Virus record (IMG/VR): IMGVR_UViG_3300008459_007659
Coordinates: 62,001-126,000 of that record
Direction: 5' to 3' (one strand)
DNA: 64,000 nt
Source: an uncultured virus (IMG/VR IMGVR_UViG_3300008459_007659)
Lineage: Duplodnaviria > Heunggongvirae > Uroviricota > Caudoviricetes
Shown: positions 40,201 to 50,183 of the stretch, piece after piece
How positions within the stretch are numbered: position 1 is the first letter of the stretch
Layout of the letters: every line of letters begins with the position of its first letter
Position numbers and translations under genes: made by a program
Notes under the pieces: generated by a model
Seen by the model: the letters and a program-made list of their open reading frames with translations, nothing else
Databases searched by the model: none
What the model was told of the DNA's origin: nothing

Positions 40201-42493
40201 AATTTTAATATTAGTTAGAGGTGTTGATCCATATACTGAAAAACAAGAAATAAAATACGATTTATCTGAATTATTTGGACAACCATTGGGTACCACAACA
40301 GTTACGGGAGAATATTTTTTAAATATTCCGATACAACAAAATTCTGGTAACCCGACATATTATTATGATCAACAAACACCTGAATCACATAGTTTAGCAA
40401 CATCAAACTCAAATACATTTTTATTTCATCAACCAATAGGATTTACGGTAGATACCTCGGCGTTTACTGCATTCACAACCGATTCACCACGATATTACAT
40501 ATCAACAGATAAATCAACAATATCTTATATTCACGGTTCGTATGATGCGGGGTATCCTATGTCAAACTGGATAGAGGCAAATGGTAGAGTTGAGAATGGT
40601 AATGGACTACCTCAAATTTTTAGATGGAAAAGTACTATTGGTGCAACAACAATATTAAGTGATTTTATAGGTAGAGTTGATGGTGGCTCATTTACGGTTA
40701 CAAATGCAATTAACTATATTTGTTATGATGGAGGACTTGGACTTATTGGTCCACCGGTATTCTCAACAACCAGCCCATTAGCAAGATGTTACGCACCTGC
40801 ATATCATGTGAGTGCAAATGGTAATATACCATTAACAACAAATATAACCCCAAGTCAAAATTTAATATTTAGATCAGATAGGTTACCTACATCTGACTCA
40901 ACAGATACTGTTGGATATAACTCATTCCCATTACATCAAAATAATAACTTTACATTCTACGCAATTGATGAACAAGGACAGGTAACTAACTTTAACGCTT
41001 CAGGTGATGGAGTACAAGGATTAAATGATTTAGATGCGTTTAGTGAATTAGGAACAGGATCTACGTCAACAATTGTGGAAACATTTAGTTGTGAAGGAAT
41101 GGTTCCATTAAAATGTTATTCAGGTGCGGGAATTAATTTTGGTGTTTCAGATCCTTGTACTTTTAATCAAACAGGAGAAAATGGTGTAAATAAAAGAGTT
41201 AATGGTGGATGTTATTATTTTGTTGATGACAAATTAGTGAAAACTATTAAAGATGACATTAAGTATTTAGCGGAATGGAGAACAAGATTTAGAATCATAT
41301 TTGGAGCTTGTAGAGGAGTGTTTGGGCATATGTTCCAAAACAATTGGATTAACGGTACATTATATATGCCAACATTCAATAAACAAACAACGTATAATAT
41401 AATAGGACAACCTAATTATAATTTCTGTGAAGATATTGTAATGTTTAATGATATTAGTAATAACTTCTATTATAGAAGTACTCCATATGCGGATAATATA
41501 GGTGAATTTATTGGTGGACCTCAACCAACCATAAGTAACTTCTTCACTAATTTGACAGGATATCAACCACAAGATGATTCACAAAATACAAGACAAATTC
41601 TATTCCCAACTACAATTATGGATTTAGGAAAAAGAGACGAATTTATATCAGAGATTTGTGGGGATCCGGACTTCAGTGGTAAATATTTAGCGAATACAAT
41701 AAAAAGTACTTCATATCAAGATAGTTCAGATGTATTACAGTTAGCAATAATCTCAAGAATAGTAAACTCAACATTCTTAGAACAAGTACTATCTATCCAA
41801 AATGGTGGTATTGAACAATTCTTTAATCGACCTGGAGATAGAATTGATGGAGATATTGCACAATCCTTCTCAATAAATTCGGAATATCAAGTCAATCCGT
41901 TTATCGGTGGTAACTATCCTGATGATTATATATGGGTTGCACAAAATACAAATGGGGAACCTGTTTTTGGGATATTCTATAATACAAGTGAAAACGAATA
42001 TAGAAATAGGAGAGCATTGTCACCTGGGTATAATATTTACAGTTTCCAAACCAATCCTCCATTACAAACATATATAGGATACCCTGATACACAAGAAGTT
42101 CCATTATATAAATGGAAAATTGACACAAGTAACGCCAATAGTATTTTTGGAAATCAAGACAATACATGGTATACCGATAGTAGTGGTGGTGGTTTTTATA
42201 AAAGAGGATATCAAGATTTAGACGCAGTATCGGACGATTATTTTAAGACTTCTGATATGTCTCAGACATTCCCTAACATTTATTATGGGTTTATTACAAA
42301 TTTTGCGGTACCGCCAGCACCACCCGCAATACCACCCGCAGTACCACCCGCACAACCTAACCCATCTACCGTATTACCATCGGCTAATGGAGTTTTAGTT
42401 GGTTCACCAAACCATTTCTATTTTGGATTAAAAAACGGAAAAACCGCATTAAATAGATTTATAAAAATATATATAGATACAGAATTAGACTAA
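37229..42493 (+). CDS. large virion structural protein with an internal hydrophobic segment
   Basis: 1754 aa. N-terminal GVVVGRV...GVPNAKVS..TNESGDYMIFGVP (carboxypeptidase-regulatory-like fold) and a hydrophobic stretch of about 50 aa. Confidence 0.55.
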   Translation: MPKSYRIRTEPGVDKSIKIQLDQDFEYLEILSLKIFQNDIYTRMCSDYGVVVGRVLVNGGFGVPNAKVSVFIPITDEDEQNPIISQLYPYKNIDDLNDDGYRYNLLPYEPSYQGHSATGTFPSREDVLTDAALVEVYDKYYKFTVKTNESGDYMIFGVPTGEQTIFMDVDLSDIGCFSLSPQDLINSGLATETQVDGNKFKTSTNLRELPQVKTLNKIVQVQPLWGEPEICLLGITRVDFDLTASANVNIQPTSVFMGSMFSTTNEDAVKKSCKPKINTGNMCELIAGPGQILAIRQTINTDDNGYPVLEQYRLEQDGKIIDGEGTWLVNLPMNLDYVTTNEFGEQVLSNDPKVGIPTTSKYRFKIKWQNEEGLQNNFMRGNYLVPNIKEHGWNSTDENNDPFKNSDTYTSEYQASIPVGSTSLSVGPIPRGGFFLNSVVNTQQLTIEVNGVPYYGSLDSVPLPNVNNIITFNAIPIDNTQPIDIVFTIYDEPLFNLLRSYAFSLDWDDYYDTQAAIDCEDSFYKFHYNKVYTVSSFIDRYKNGSNRARHLGIKEITNRTCQSENNKLPVNDLVRNFDFIFFLFTLLLAIVSPMIVIIIVVNHVLALIYPIIVAIANFVIKLVNGIVYNICKIVKNLGGNVECKKETLEPMSEDNPFKRLSLPMMTYPDCEACSCPDESLVTSSSVAGSWNAAALGINISILSDLGTLGSYSTWTLNPTNNPCGLTFSSTPDQTAWDQGSQQLFAGAVNPARVYYKVPIWEELGPDGASANSGQLFKRFGDGMTLAQSMNMANLRSRYFDITARNRITVTPNPTLVGTTTLGVGGNSYQDLSMIMLADQGTISQLVGKVISFTNPVNTNDFNVTGGTENQFGGNAITGTTLGVGTYTVPLTYMNDLGVNITSDITVVGTESEKEYLYKSGIEYFQVVAGYTWDELVSTGPLQPQGTYVGSTVTNSGVLWKYFFQNKISYLNPTASSHTPPWFWFNDYQQQEILILVRGVDPYTEKQEIKYDLSELFGQPLGTTTVTGEYFLNIPIQQNSGNPTYYYDQQTPESHSLATSNSNTFLFHQPIGFTVDTSAFTAFTTDSPRYYISTDKSTISYIHGSYDAGYPMSNWIEANGRVENGNGLPQIFRWKSTIGATTILSDFIGRVDGGSFTVTNAINYICYDGGLGLIGPPVFSTTSPLARCYAPAYHVSANGNIPLTTNITPSQNLIFRSDRLPTSDSTDTVGYNSFPLHQNNNFTFYAIDEQGQVTNFNASGDGVQGLNDLDAFSELGTGSTSTIVETFSCEGMVPLKCYSGAGINFGVSDPCTFNQTGENGVNKRVNGGCYYFVDDKLVKTIKDDIKYLAEWRTRFRIIFGACRGVFGHMFQNNWINGTLYMPTFNKQTTYNIIGQPNYNFCEDIVMFNDISNNFYYRSTPYADNIGEFIGGPQPTISNFFTNLTGYQPQDDSQNTRQILFPTTIMDLGKRDEFISEICGDPDFSGKYLANTIKSTSYQDSSDVLQLAIISRIVNSTFLEQVLSIQNGGIEQFFNRPGDRIDGDIAQSFSINSEYQVNPFIGGNYPDDYIWVAQNTNGEPVFGIFYNTSENEYRNRRALSPGYNIYSFQTNPPLQTYIGYPDTQEVPLYKWKIDTSNANSIFGNQDNTWYTDSSGGGFYKRGYQDLDAVSDDYFKTSDMSQTFPNIYYGFITNFAVPPAPPAIPPAVPPAQPNPSTVLPSANGVLVGSPNHFYFGLKNGKTALNRFIKIYIDTELD

Positions 42494-44241
42494 TGGGTAT
42501 TGATAACGAAACAAGAATTATTTTAGGATCTCTGAGAAATAAAGTTTCTCCTAATGTTGATATGCTATCTAATATAACATTAGAACAGACACAAAGAGAA
42601 AATATTGAATTTGATAGAACTGCGGATGTAAATTTACAACAACTTTATATTAATGAAAGGGAAGCGTCTCAAATTTTTAGACCTACTTGTAAATTTTCAT
42701 TCATATTTAAAAATAATTATGTTGGATCTACAAACTATACTCCGTTTAAAAATAATATGTTTTATGCAAACGCAATACAAAATGCGGTTACCGCAACTGT
42801 AAACCCAAATTTACCTTGGGATGGTTATCCTCAGTATTTTGAATTTGATTTTATTAGAACGGATAATAATAATCCTGGATACACACAACCCCCAAATAAT
42901 CATTTGACTTTTGTTAATAAAAGTGCGACTACATATAATTGGACTCATTACATGAGTTATGCTTATGATAATAACCCAAACAAACAATTAGAAGCGGTTG
43001 ATCAACAAACAACAACATCTTGGTCGTGGGTGGCATCTGATGGTATCCCATTTATTATTGTTGTTGGAAGTAATGACAATACAAGAGTTATATCTTTTAG
43101 ATGTGTTATGCCACATGGGTTAAATATAGGGGATTATGTTTATTTATCTTTTGATTATTTTGGAGATCAGTTGTTTTTAGTATCTAGTTTAGGTGATACG
43201 GGGTTTGGTAGTGAAGAGTACATTTTCAACATAGACAACATAGGTTATATCGGTACAACATTTAATCAGGGAGTTACTGGTACTTTTAAAAAAGTATTGG
43301 ATGATGCGAATTCAGGGGAAACAATGTCAACTTATTATGTGAGAAGACATAAAATACTCACAAGTTCTGATAACGCAGTGTTGGTTAAAGCCGGATTTGA
43401 ACAAAATATATTTACATCAAAAAGTAAGTTAGAACCTGCAGTTTTAACCCCAAATAATCTTGTAAGAACATCTGTTAAGGAAGGTAATCAATCTTACACA
43501 TTAACATTTAATTCTGACATTGATATAACAGGATTAATTGATAATCAAAAACGACCTTTAAGTGAATTATACTTCACTACTATATGGAAAGGTTATTTTG
43601 GGTGGACAAACCCATTAAAGGAAGGATTTACATTCAACCTACCATTAGTTAATAATGAACCTTCACCTTGGTGGGATATAAATAATGTATCGTCAGATGC
43701 TAATTTACCAATAGGTATTTATTTTAGTCAAACTACACCACCTGTTGGACCTTTTGTTTATAATGAAAATTTACAAATAGGTGATATAGTTGACGGAGAT
43801 TACTGTGAATTTAATGCATACAACCAAGAAGAAAGAGTAATATCAAATATTCTACACAAATTTACATTTAACCCAACATATTTTAATTTAACTGGTAATA
43901 CTACATCTAATAATACAAATCAATTAGGATACTATTATCAACCACATAAAACTGTAGTAATCAGAAGATTTTCTGATTATATTGAAGAAGGTGATGCTCA
44001 ATTAATCGTTGGGGTACCCGATTATTCGTTCTATTCAAATTTATCAAATAGTTTTAGATGGAGAGATTTATATCCTTTTGGATATATTGATGCAAGTGGT
44101 ATTGGTGTTGACTTCCCATTTATTAATGGAAAACATTATCCGTTTGTTGAAAACATATTTAGATTAATACCTGAAGGTAGTCAAATTGGTAACCAATTCA
44201 TAAACGAAATTGCAGAACCTACAATAGATGAGTGTGAATAA
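42493..44241 (+). CDS. putative structural protein
   Basis: 582 aa; TAATG coupling within the baseplate operon. Confidence 0.5.
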   Translation: MGIDNETRIILGSLRNKVSPNVDMLSNITLEQTQRENIEFDRTADVNLQQLYINEREASQIFRPTCKFSFIFKNNYVGSTNYTPFKNNMFYANAIQNAVTATVNPNLPWDGYPQYFEFDFIRTDNNNPGYTQPPNNHLTFVNKSATTYNWTHYMSYAYDNNPNKQLEAVDQQTTTSWSWVASDGIPFIIVVGSNDNTRVISFRCVMPHGLNIGDYVYLSFDYFGDQLFLVSSLGDTGFGSEEYIFNIDNIGYIGTTFNQGVTGTFKKVLDDANSGETMSTYYVRRHKILTSSDNAVLVKAGFEQNIFTSKSKLEPAVLTPNNLVRTSVKEGNQSYTLTFNSDIDITGLIDNQKRPLSELYFTTIWKGYFGWTNPLKEGFTFNLPLVNNEPSPWWDINNVSSDANLPIGIYFSQTTPPVGPFVYNENLQIGDIVDGDYCEFNAYNQEERVISNILHKFTFNPTYFNLTGNTTSNNTNQLGYYYQPHKTVVIRRFSDYIEEGDAQLIVGVPDYSFYSNLSNSFRWRDLYPFGYIDASGIGVDFPFINGKHYPFVENIFRLIPEGSQIGNQFINEIAEPTIDECE

Positions 44242-45046
44242 ATATAAGATAGTAATCCCCGCAAATGACAAACAAATTGACATTCCAATTGAACTTAAGT
44301 GGGACTTTGGAGGAAGAGATGGTGGTATTGAAGATTATGAAAAAACCATTTTAGGTGAGATAGTTGGAATACCAAATGATTTTGAAGTTGATAGATTTTC
44401 ACATGATAATTACGATATATTAAATGTTTTAAAAACTTCGTTAAATTATGAGTTTTATTTTTATAACGGGCTACCTCAAAATATACCATCGGCAAATATT
44501 TCTAACTATGTGAGTAGTTATACTACAGTTGGGTTTACTGAGAAAGAAATATACTATTATAGTAATCCGTTCACTAAATCATTTTTTAAATTAGATTTTT
44601 ATGACACTGCGGATCCAATAAGTCAAAAAATATATTTTACCATAATTTTACCTGTACAACAAGGGTTTACAGAGTCGGTTTCAATATCTACATTATTACC
44701 AAATGTTGATGTTAAAAAACCAACAATGAGATTGGATTTTATTGGTGATAAGGAAGGGTTTTTTATATATTGGTTAAGAAAGAGAGACTTTATAGATTTA
44801 ACAGAATTTTATATGTCGGCAAAGTTCTTTAATGGAAGAACAGGGACTTACGCAACTATGGTTAATCAACCACAGTTCCAAATACCAAATCCGTACACAT
44901 TTAATGGTGATAATTATTTTTATTATAAAGTTAATTTAAATTATAACAATAAAACTTATCAGGTTTACCGACCTGATAATAATGTACAAAGAGTGGGGTT
45001 GGAAAATAACCCAATTATTTGGTTTGAATATGTAAATCCTGTATAA
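44228..45046 (+). CDS. putative structural protein
   Basis: 272 aa; overlaps the upstream gene in the same operon. Confidence 0.5.
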   Translation: MSVNKYKIVIPANDKQIDIPIELKWDFGGRDGGIEDYEKTILGEIVGIPNDFEVDRFSHDNYDILNVLKTSLNYEFYFYNGLPQNIPSANISNYVSSYTTVGFTEKEIYYYSNPFTKSFFKLDFYDTADPISQKIYFTIILPVQQGFTESVSISTLLPNVDVKKPTMRLDFIGDKEGFFIYWLRKRDFIDLTEFYMSAKFFNGRTGTYATMVNQPQFQIPNPYTFNGDNYFYYKVNLNYNNKTYQVYRPDNNVQRVGLENNPIIWFEYVNPV

Positions 45047-45047
45047 A

Positions 45048-46220
45048 ATGGTTGAGCAAAAGTATTATTTTAAAATATCACCCGAAAATATAAAAGGGGA
45101 TTTAATTACGGTAAATTATACTGGTGGTACTGATTATATTTATGATGTTGATCCTTGTTGCCCAATAACTGCAATAACTGAGAATACATTAACAGGATCA
45201 ACAGGTGTTTATACGGGAATGACATATGTTCTGTCAGGAGCGTCTGGAGGAACATCAATTTTAACAGGATTAACTATACCGATTCTCTTAACTCAAACAG
45301 GAGTGGATTACGGTTATTATTCTGTTTTTGATGGTGCGATATTACAAAAAGAAGTTATCACCAACTTTATGTTCTCTGCAACGACAGGTAGTCCATACAC
45401 CTATTACTTTTATAATACTTCAGATTTAGAGTTAAAAAAGTTTTTAGAATTAACAACATTTAAGGTAGATTGGGGTGATGGGTCAACAGTTCAGACAATA
45501 ACAGGAACGGCACCATTATCACATAGTTACCCAATAGGTAATGGTCAGTACACAATAACGATGACTGCGACATCACCTTGGGGAATATCCCAAGTATCAA
45601 AAACAATAACTGTACCGTTTGTTTTTGTACCTAATTTAGATCCGTTTGGTGTCGCAACATTTACACCTGCGGGTGGTAATTGGTCGGCAACTTCATTTAA
45701 TTATGATTATATATTTAGTGGTGATTCTAATACAAATATAGATGATTTCTATAGTTATAATTACACCACAGTACCATTCACAATCACAGGATATACCCAA
45801 TCATCTATAAATGACTTAGCTCAGTATGGACCTAAATATTTATTAGCTGAAGGGAAGTTTAAACCTGGCATTCAAGTGACAGGAACATCAAATAGTGTTG
45901 GTACATATTGGGGTCCTGACCCAAGTGGAACTTATGTTTCATATACGATAGATGGTGTTGATTATTATGACTATCCTGATGGTACAACATTATATGTAAT
46001 ACAGTCTTCAGGTTTCACTCAAGATGATTTGGTATTGTCGGCATTAACAAAAAATGAGGCATTAATTAATGTCATTGATCAACCCGAAATACAGTCCAAT
46101 ATATTCATAGAAAGAGGTAAAATGTCTGCATTAGAATATATTGAAAGACTTGGTGAAGTTGATAATGTTGGTGACTTAACCAAATATGGATATGGGTTTT
46201 TTAATGTGGAAAAACAATGA
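45048..46220 (+). CDS. structural protein with a PKD/Ig-like domain
   Basis: KVDWGDGS....HSY...GQYTITMTATSPWG is a PKD signature. Confidence 0.7.
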   Translation: MVEQKYYFKISPENIKGDLITVNYTGGTDYIYDVDPCCPITAITENTLTGSTGVYTGMTYVLSGASGGTSILTGLTIPILLTQTGVDYGYYSVFDGAILQKEVITNFMFSATTGSPYTYYFYNTSDLELKKFLELTTFKVDWGDGSTVQTITGTAPLSHSYPIGNGQYTITMTATSPWGISQVSKTITVPFVFVPNLDPFGVATFTPAGGNWSATSFNYDYIFSGDSNTNIDDFYSYNYTTVPFTITGYTQSSINDLAQYGPKYLLAEGKFKPGIQVTGTSNSVGTYWGPDPSGTYVSYTIDGVDYYDYPDGTTLYVIQSSGFTQDDLVLSALTKNEALINVIDQPEIQSNIFIERGKMSALEYIERLGEVDNVGDLTKYGYGFFNVEKQ

Positions 46221-46269
46221 TTTTAAGTATTTATATTTAAAACGATAAACAATATAAAAGATATTAATA

Positions 46270-47178
46270 GTGGCAACAGGTAGTTACGGAACAATTAGAC
46301 CGGCAGATGTTAGTCCTGATGATGTAGACATCATTTTGAATTACACTCCAAGTAGAGACGATACTGATAATTTCGTTTTAACAAAATTGGATGCAAAAAC
46401 AATATTACGACCTTATTTTAATAATAACAATACTGGTGGTAATGCGGATGTTGAGATTTTAGGTGGATTATACAACTTAAAACTTCCTGCGGATGTATTC
46501 AATAAATTAGGGATATATACATTATATATTAGACCGGCAGAGATAAGAACTAGAATTACAGATTGTGGTATTTTATCGGCATTACCAAATGTTAAAGGGA
46601 TTGTTATTGATGTTAATAATGTCCCAACACAATTTAGGAATAATTTTATTAATCAAGGTTTAATTGGATTTAGAGTTGAATATTTAAATTCTGATGGAAC
46701 AAAGATACCGAACTTTTTTAGGATGATAACCTCATCTTTTTATTGTGAGCCAGTAATACAAAATCTTACAAATACATCACAAAAATCAATTAGATATAGA
46801 TATACTGAAGGAACAACTAATTTAATTTTTTGTACGCTTTCACCATCATCATCACCAACTAATAAACCAAACGCAACACCATTCATTGGACAACCAAATC
46901 AAGATATTGTTATTAGTAATACATATTTTAATCCGGTAACCACTGAAATTGAGATTGTTGAGCACGATATATCAACATTGGCACTTGCTCTTTATGGGAA
47001 TCAAACTAAGTCAATTGATGATGGTATTTACACTATTTACGACAGTGAAAATAATATATACAAACAATACAACTTATACGAAATTAGAGATCAGTTTAAT
47101 GAACTTCTTTATGAAGTTAGACAAGACAGAGGTAATAATATTGATTTTACTAAAAACTTTACAAATATAACAGGATAA
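46270..47178 (+). CDS. putative structural protein
   Basis: 302 aa; GTG start, preceded by TATTTATA at 46228. Confidence 0.5.
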   Translation: MATGSYGTIRPADVSPDDVDIILNYTPSRDDTDNFVLTKLDAKTILRPYFNNNNTGGNADVEILGGLYNLKLPADVFNKLGIYTLYIRPAEIRTRITDCGILSALPNVKGIVIDVNNVPTQFRNNFINQGLIGFRVEYLNSDGTKIPNFFRMITSSFYCEPVIQNLTNTSQKSIRYRYTEGTTNLIFCTLSPSSSPTNKPNATPFIGQPNQDIVISNTYFNPVTTEIEIVEHDISTLALALYGNQTKSIDDGIYTIYDSENNIYKQYNLYEIRDQFNELLYEVRQDRGNNIDFTKNFTNITG

Positions 47179-50100
47179 TGGCAATTATTAAGTATACTTG
47201 CCCACCACAGGCTAGCGGAGAAGGAAGTTTTTCTGACAATCTTGTCGGATTTCAATTAGTTGACGGTGGAGGTTTTACTCAAGCAAATTTTGAGTTCACT
47301 ACCAATGTGACCGAAAAAGTTAATAGAAATTTCTCAATTGGATCATTTTCCGATCCAATTTCTTTGGAATCAATGAATATTACCGATATTGAACAATCAA
47401 AATTATTGGTAAATAAAAATTTTCAAGTATACCCAAATTATGATTTAAGTGAAATTACTAATTTTACAATTTATGGTTCTTTGGCTAAAAGATTTTCAGT
47501 ATCCATAACTAAAATTATTAATTACTTTCCTGCGGCGTTAGAGATATTTTCATCAACAACAAGATTTGTAACAGGACAAACAGTTACAACCTCATCGTAT
47601 GATGTTATTGAAAATGAGACATATTTTGAAATTCCATTATATCTTATTCGTAATCCGTTTGACATTGATTTTAGTATTAATGCAACAAGAAACTTACAAT
47701 TAAGAGAGATTACAGTATCTCCATTGAGAAATTTAACGGTGGAATACTCAAAATATACGGTTATTATTGATGGGGTAAATTACCCAATTAATACAGTAGT
47801 ACCAACAACAGACACAGATACAACATTAAAATTGTATATTGAAGGAAACCCGTTTAATGGACAATCCGAGATTTTTAAAACAATAATAATAAGACCAACA
47901 GACTTCTATGTTAACAAAGTCTTCAATGAGGAGTTTGATCAAGTTGAAAACTTTTTATTAAATAGAGAAATTTCACCAAAATATAGTGCTTATTTTAATA
48001 AACCAATTGAAAATGATGATGGTACTTATACTATCACTCAAGAAGTTGTAATTTTCCCATTAAGTGGTATTTGGAATTTAAGTATTAGTGGTAATGATTT
48101 TAATAGTTATCTATTAAAATTAAGTAGTGTTGCGGAAAATTTAGATGAATATAGAACAAATTTAATTTCTAGATTTTTAACTACAGGTGCGATAAAAGAA
48201 TTTGATACATCGGATCAAAAAGTAGAAAAAATATTACAAATATATGGTAGAAGTTTTGATGAAACAAAAAAATTCATAGGTGCTTTAGCGTATATGAATT
48301 CAGTTCATTATACCGTTAAAAATGATATCCCATCACAACTTTTAAAAAATTTAGCACAAACTTTAGGGTGGAAAGATAATATTTCACCAATCACTAACGA
48401 ACAATTATTAGATTCTGTATTCTCAAGTGGGGAAAATACATTTACAGGACTTTCTAAAGGACAAACTCCTGAAGAAATTAATTATCAATATTATAGAAAT
48501 TTAATATTAAATTCCGCATATCTATTTAAGTCAAAAGGAACAAGAAAATCAATTGAAATGTTGTTGAGATTGATTGGTGCTCCTGATGCCATTACCGAAT
48601 TTAATGAATATGTGTATGTTGCTGATCAGAGAATAAATTTAACTCAATTTGGGGAACAATATACTCAAATATCGGGAGGTACATATGTACAGGATATACC
48701 TGTATTGGATACTACCGACATATATTCAATTATGGGTGTTCAGTATACGGGATTCACAACAAATACTGTAACTCAAGATATTACAGTAACCAAAGTTGAT
48801 TACCCTATAGATAGTTTTGGTTATCCAAGTATGCCTGTAGACAGTGATAATTTCTTCTTCCAAATTGGGGGAGGATGGATAGAATCTACACCACAACATA
48901 GAATGCCGGCACAAGTTGATTTGACGACTAGTGTATTTACAGGTGCAAACCCAAATTATCAAACAACTTTACAACCATTCAATTACGGGGAAGAATATTT
49001 ACAGAGATTTAAACAATTTCCATATATGGATTTAGGTTTTAAATTACGAAAAACTGCGGATAATAAAAAAAGTTGGGTGGTAAATAATGAAATTATTAGG
49101 AGAAGTACTGATGGTGGATTTACAGCTTATTACCCTACTGATGATGATAGATTAGTGTTGAATGTTAAAAATATTGACATTTTTATGAATCCAGCTCAGG
49201 GACTTGTTTACGATGTTTGGAATATGTCACGACAATATAATTACCCAATACCTGAAGAAGGATTGAATTATATTGCACCAACATACTGTAACCCAAATCC
49301 TAACACACCATACCCACAAAGAGGGGGAATAGATTGGACTGAAATTATACCAAAACCAAAACAAAAAACATTTTTTGAATTTGCTCAAAGTTTTTGGCAT
49401 AACACAATTAATGTTAGAAATAGACAATTTATTACTGATGGAAAGACGGGAGGTTATCCGACACTTCAGTCAATTTATTGGAAATATCTTGAATCACTAG
49501 AATTGGCGGGAATTAAAAACGACAATTTTACTTATCAGACAATGATAGATTATGTAAATGGTATTGGGGATTATTGGATTAGATTAATTGAACAAATGGT
49601 TCCGGCAACAACAATATGGAATGCCGGTACAAAGTACGAAAATTCAATATTCCACAGGCAAAAATATGTGTGGAGAAGACAGATGGGTTGTCAATTAGTA
49701 CTTGTACCTTGTAACCCATGTACATTAGTGGGGCAATTATTTACCTACGATTGTCCAATCCAAACGGTAAGTTGTTCAGTGTATCCTTGGGATACAAATC
49801 CTTATATTAATTCATTTGGTAATGTTCTTGGTGATATGTTAAATGGTTATCTATCATCAAACGGTTTAACATTTGGTGATTGTGATATGAATACGTTACA
49901 AACTACTTGGTATGTGAATGTTAAATTTAATGGAAATGATATTATTAACTACCCATTCTTCAATGGGGTTGGATATAATAACCCATTATCTGTACCAAGC
50001 GGACAAACTTGGGTTGATGCAATACAAACAAGTTTTGTTGATTTACAAACATATGGGTTAAGTTATTATTTAAATGATGATGAAACAAGTTTTACTGTAT

Positions 50101-50183
50101 TTAATAGTACTTGTATCCCATTAAGCGTAGTTCAAAGTTTTGAACTTAATGTTGGAATAAATTTTAATTTACTATGTAACTAA
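47178..50183 (+). CDS. baseplate wedge protein (P2 gpI / T4 gp7-like domain)
   Basis: LLKNLAQTLGW...YRNLILNSAYLFKSKGTRKSIEMLLRLIG. Confidence 0.7.
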   Translation: MAIIKYTCPPQASGEGSFSDNLVGFQLVDGGGFTQANFEFTTNVTEKVNRNFSIGSFSDPISLESMNITDIEQSKLLVNKNFQVYPNYDLSEITNFTIYGSLAKRFSVSITKIINYFPAALEIFSSTTRFVTGQTVTTSSYDVIENETYFEIPLYLIRNPFDIDFSINATRNLQLREITVSPLRNLTVEYSKYTVIIDGVNYPINTVVPTTDTDTTLKLYIEGNPFNGQSEIFKTIIIRPTDFYVNKVFNEEFDQVENFLLNREISPKYSAYFNKPIENDDGTYTITQEVVIFPLSGIWNLSISGNDFNSYLLKLSSVAENLDEYRTNLISRFLTTGAIKEFDTSDQKVEKILQIYGRSFDETKKFIGALAYMNSVHYTVKNDIPSQLLKNLAQTLGWKDNISPITNEQLLDSVFSSGENTFTGLSKGQTPEEINYQYYRNLILNSAYLFKSKGTRKSIEMLLRLIGAPDAITEFNEYVYVADQRINLTQFGEQYTQISGGTYVQDIPVLDTTDIYSIMGVQYTGFTTNTVTQDITVTKVDYPIDSFGYPSMPVDSDNFFFQIGGGWIESTPQHRMPAQVDLTTSVFTGANPNYQTTLQPFNYGEEYLQRFKQFPYMDLGFKLRKTADNKKSWVVNNEIIRRSTDGGFTAYYPTDDDRLVLNVKNIDIFMNPAQGLVYDVWNMSRQYNYPIPEEGLNYIAPTYCNPNPNTPYPQRGGIDWTEIIPKPKQKTFFEFAQSFWHNTINVRNRQFITDGKTGGYPTLQSIYWKYLESLELAGIKNDNFTYQTMIDYVNGIGDYWIRLIEQMVPATTIWNAGTKYENSIFHRQKYVWRRQMGCQLVLVPCNPCTLVGQLFTYDCPIQTVSCSVYPWDTNPYINSFGNVLGDMLNGYLSSNGLTFGDCDMNTLQTTWYVNVKFNGNDIINYPFFNGVGYNNPLSVPSGQTWVDAIQTSFVDLQTYGLSYYLNDDETSFTVFNSTCIPLSVVQSFELNVGINFNLLCN

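Noticed and set aside
42308..42360. Short CCACCCGCA repeats
   Set aside because: They simply encode a PPA linker (VPPAPPAIPPAVPPAQP); no sign of a separate function.
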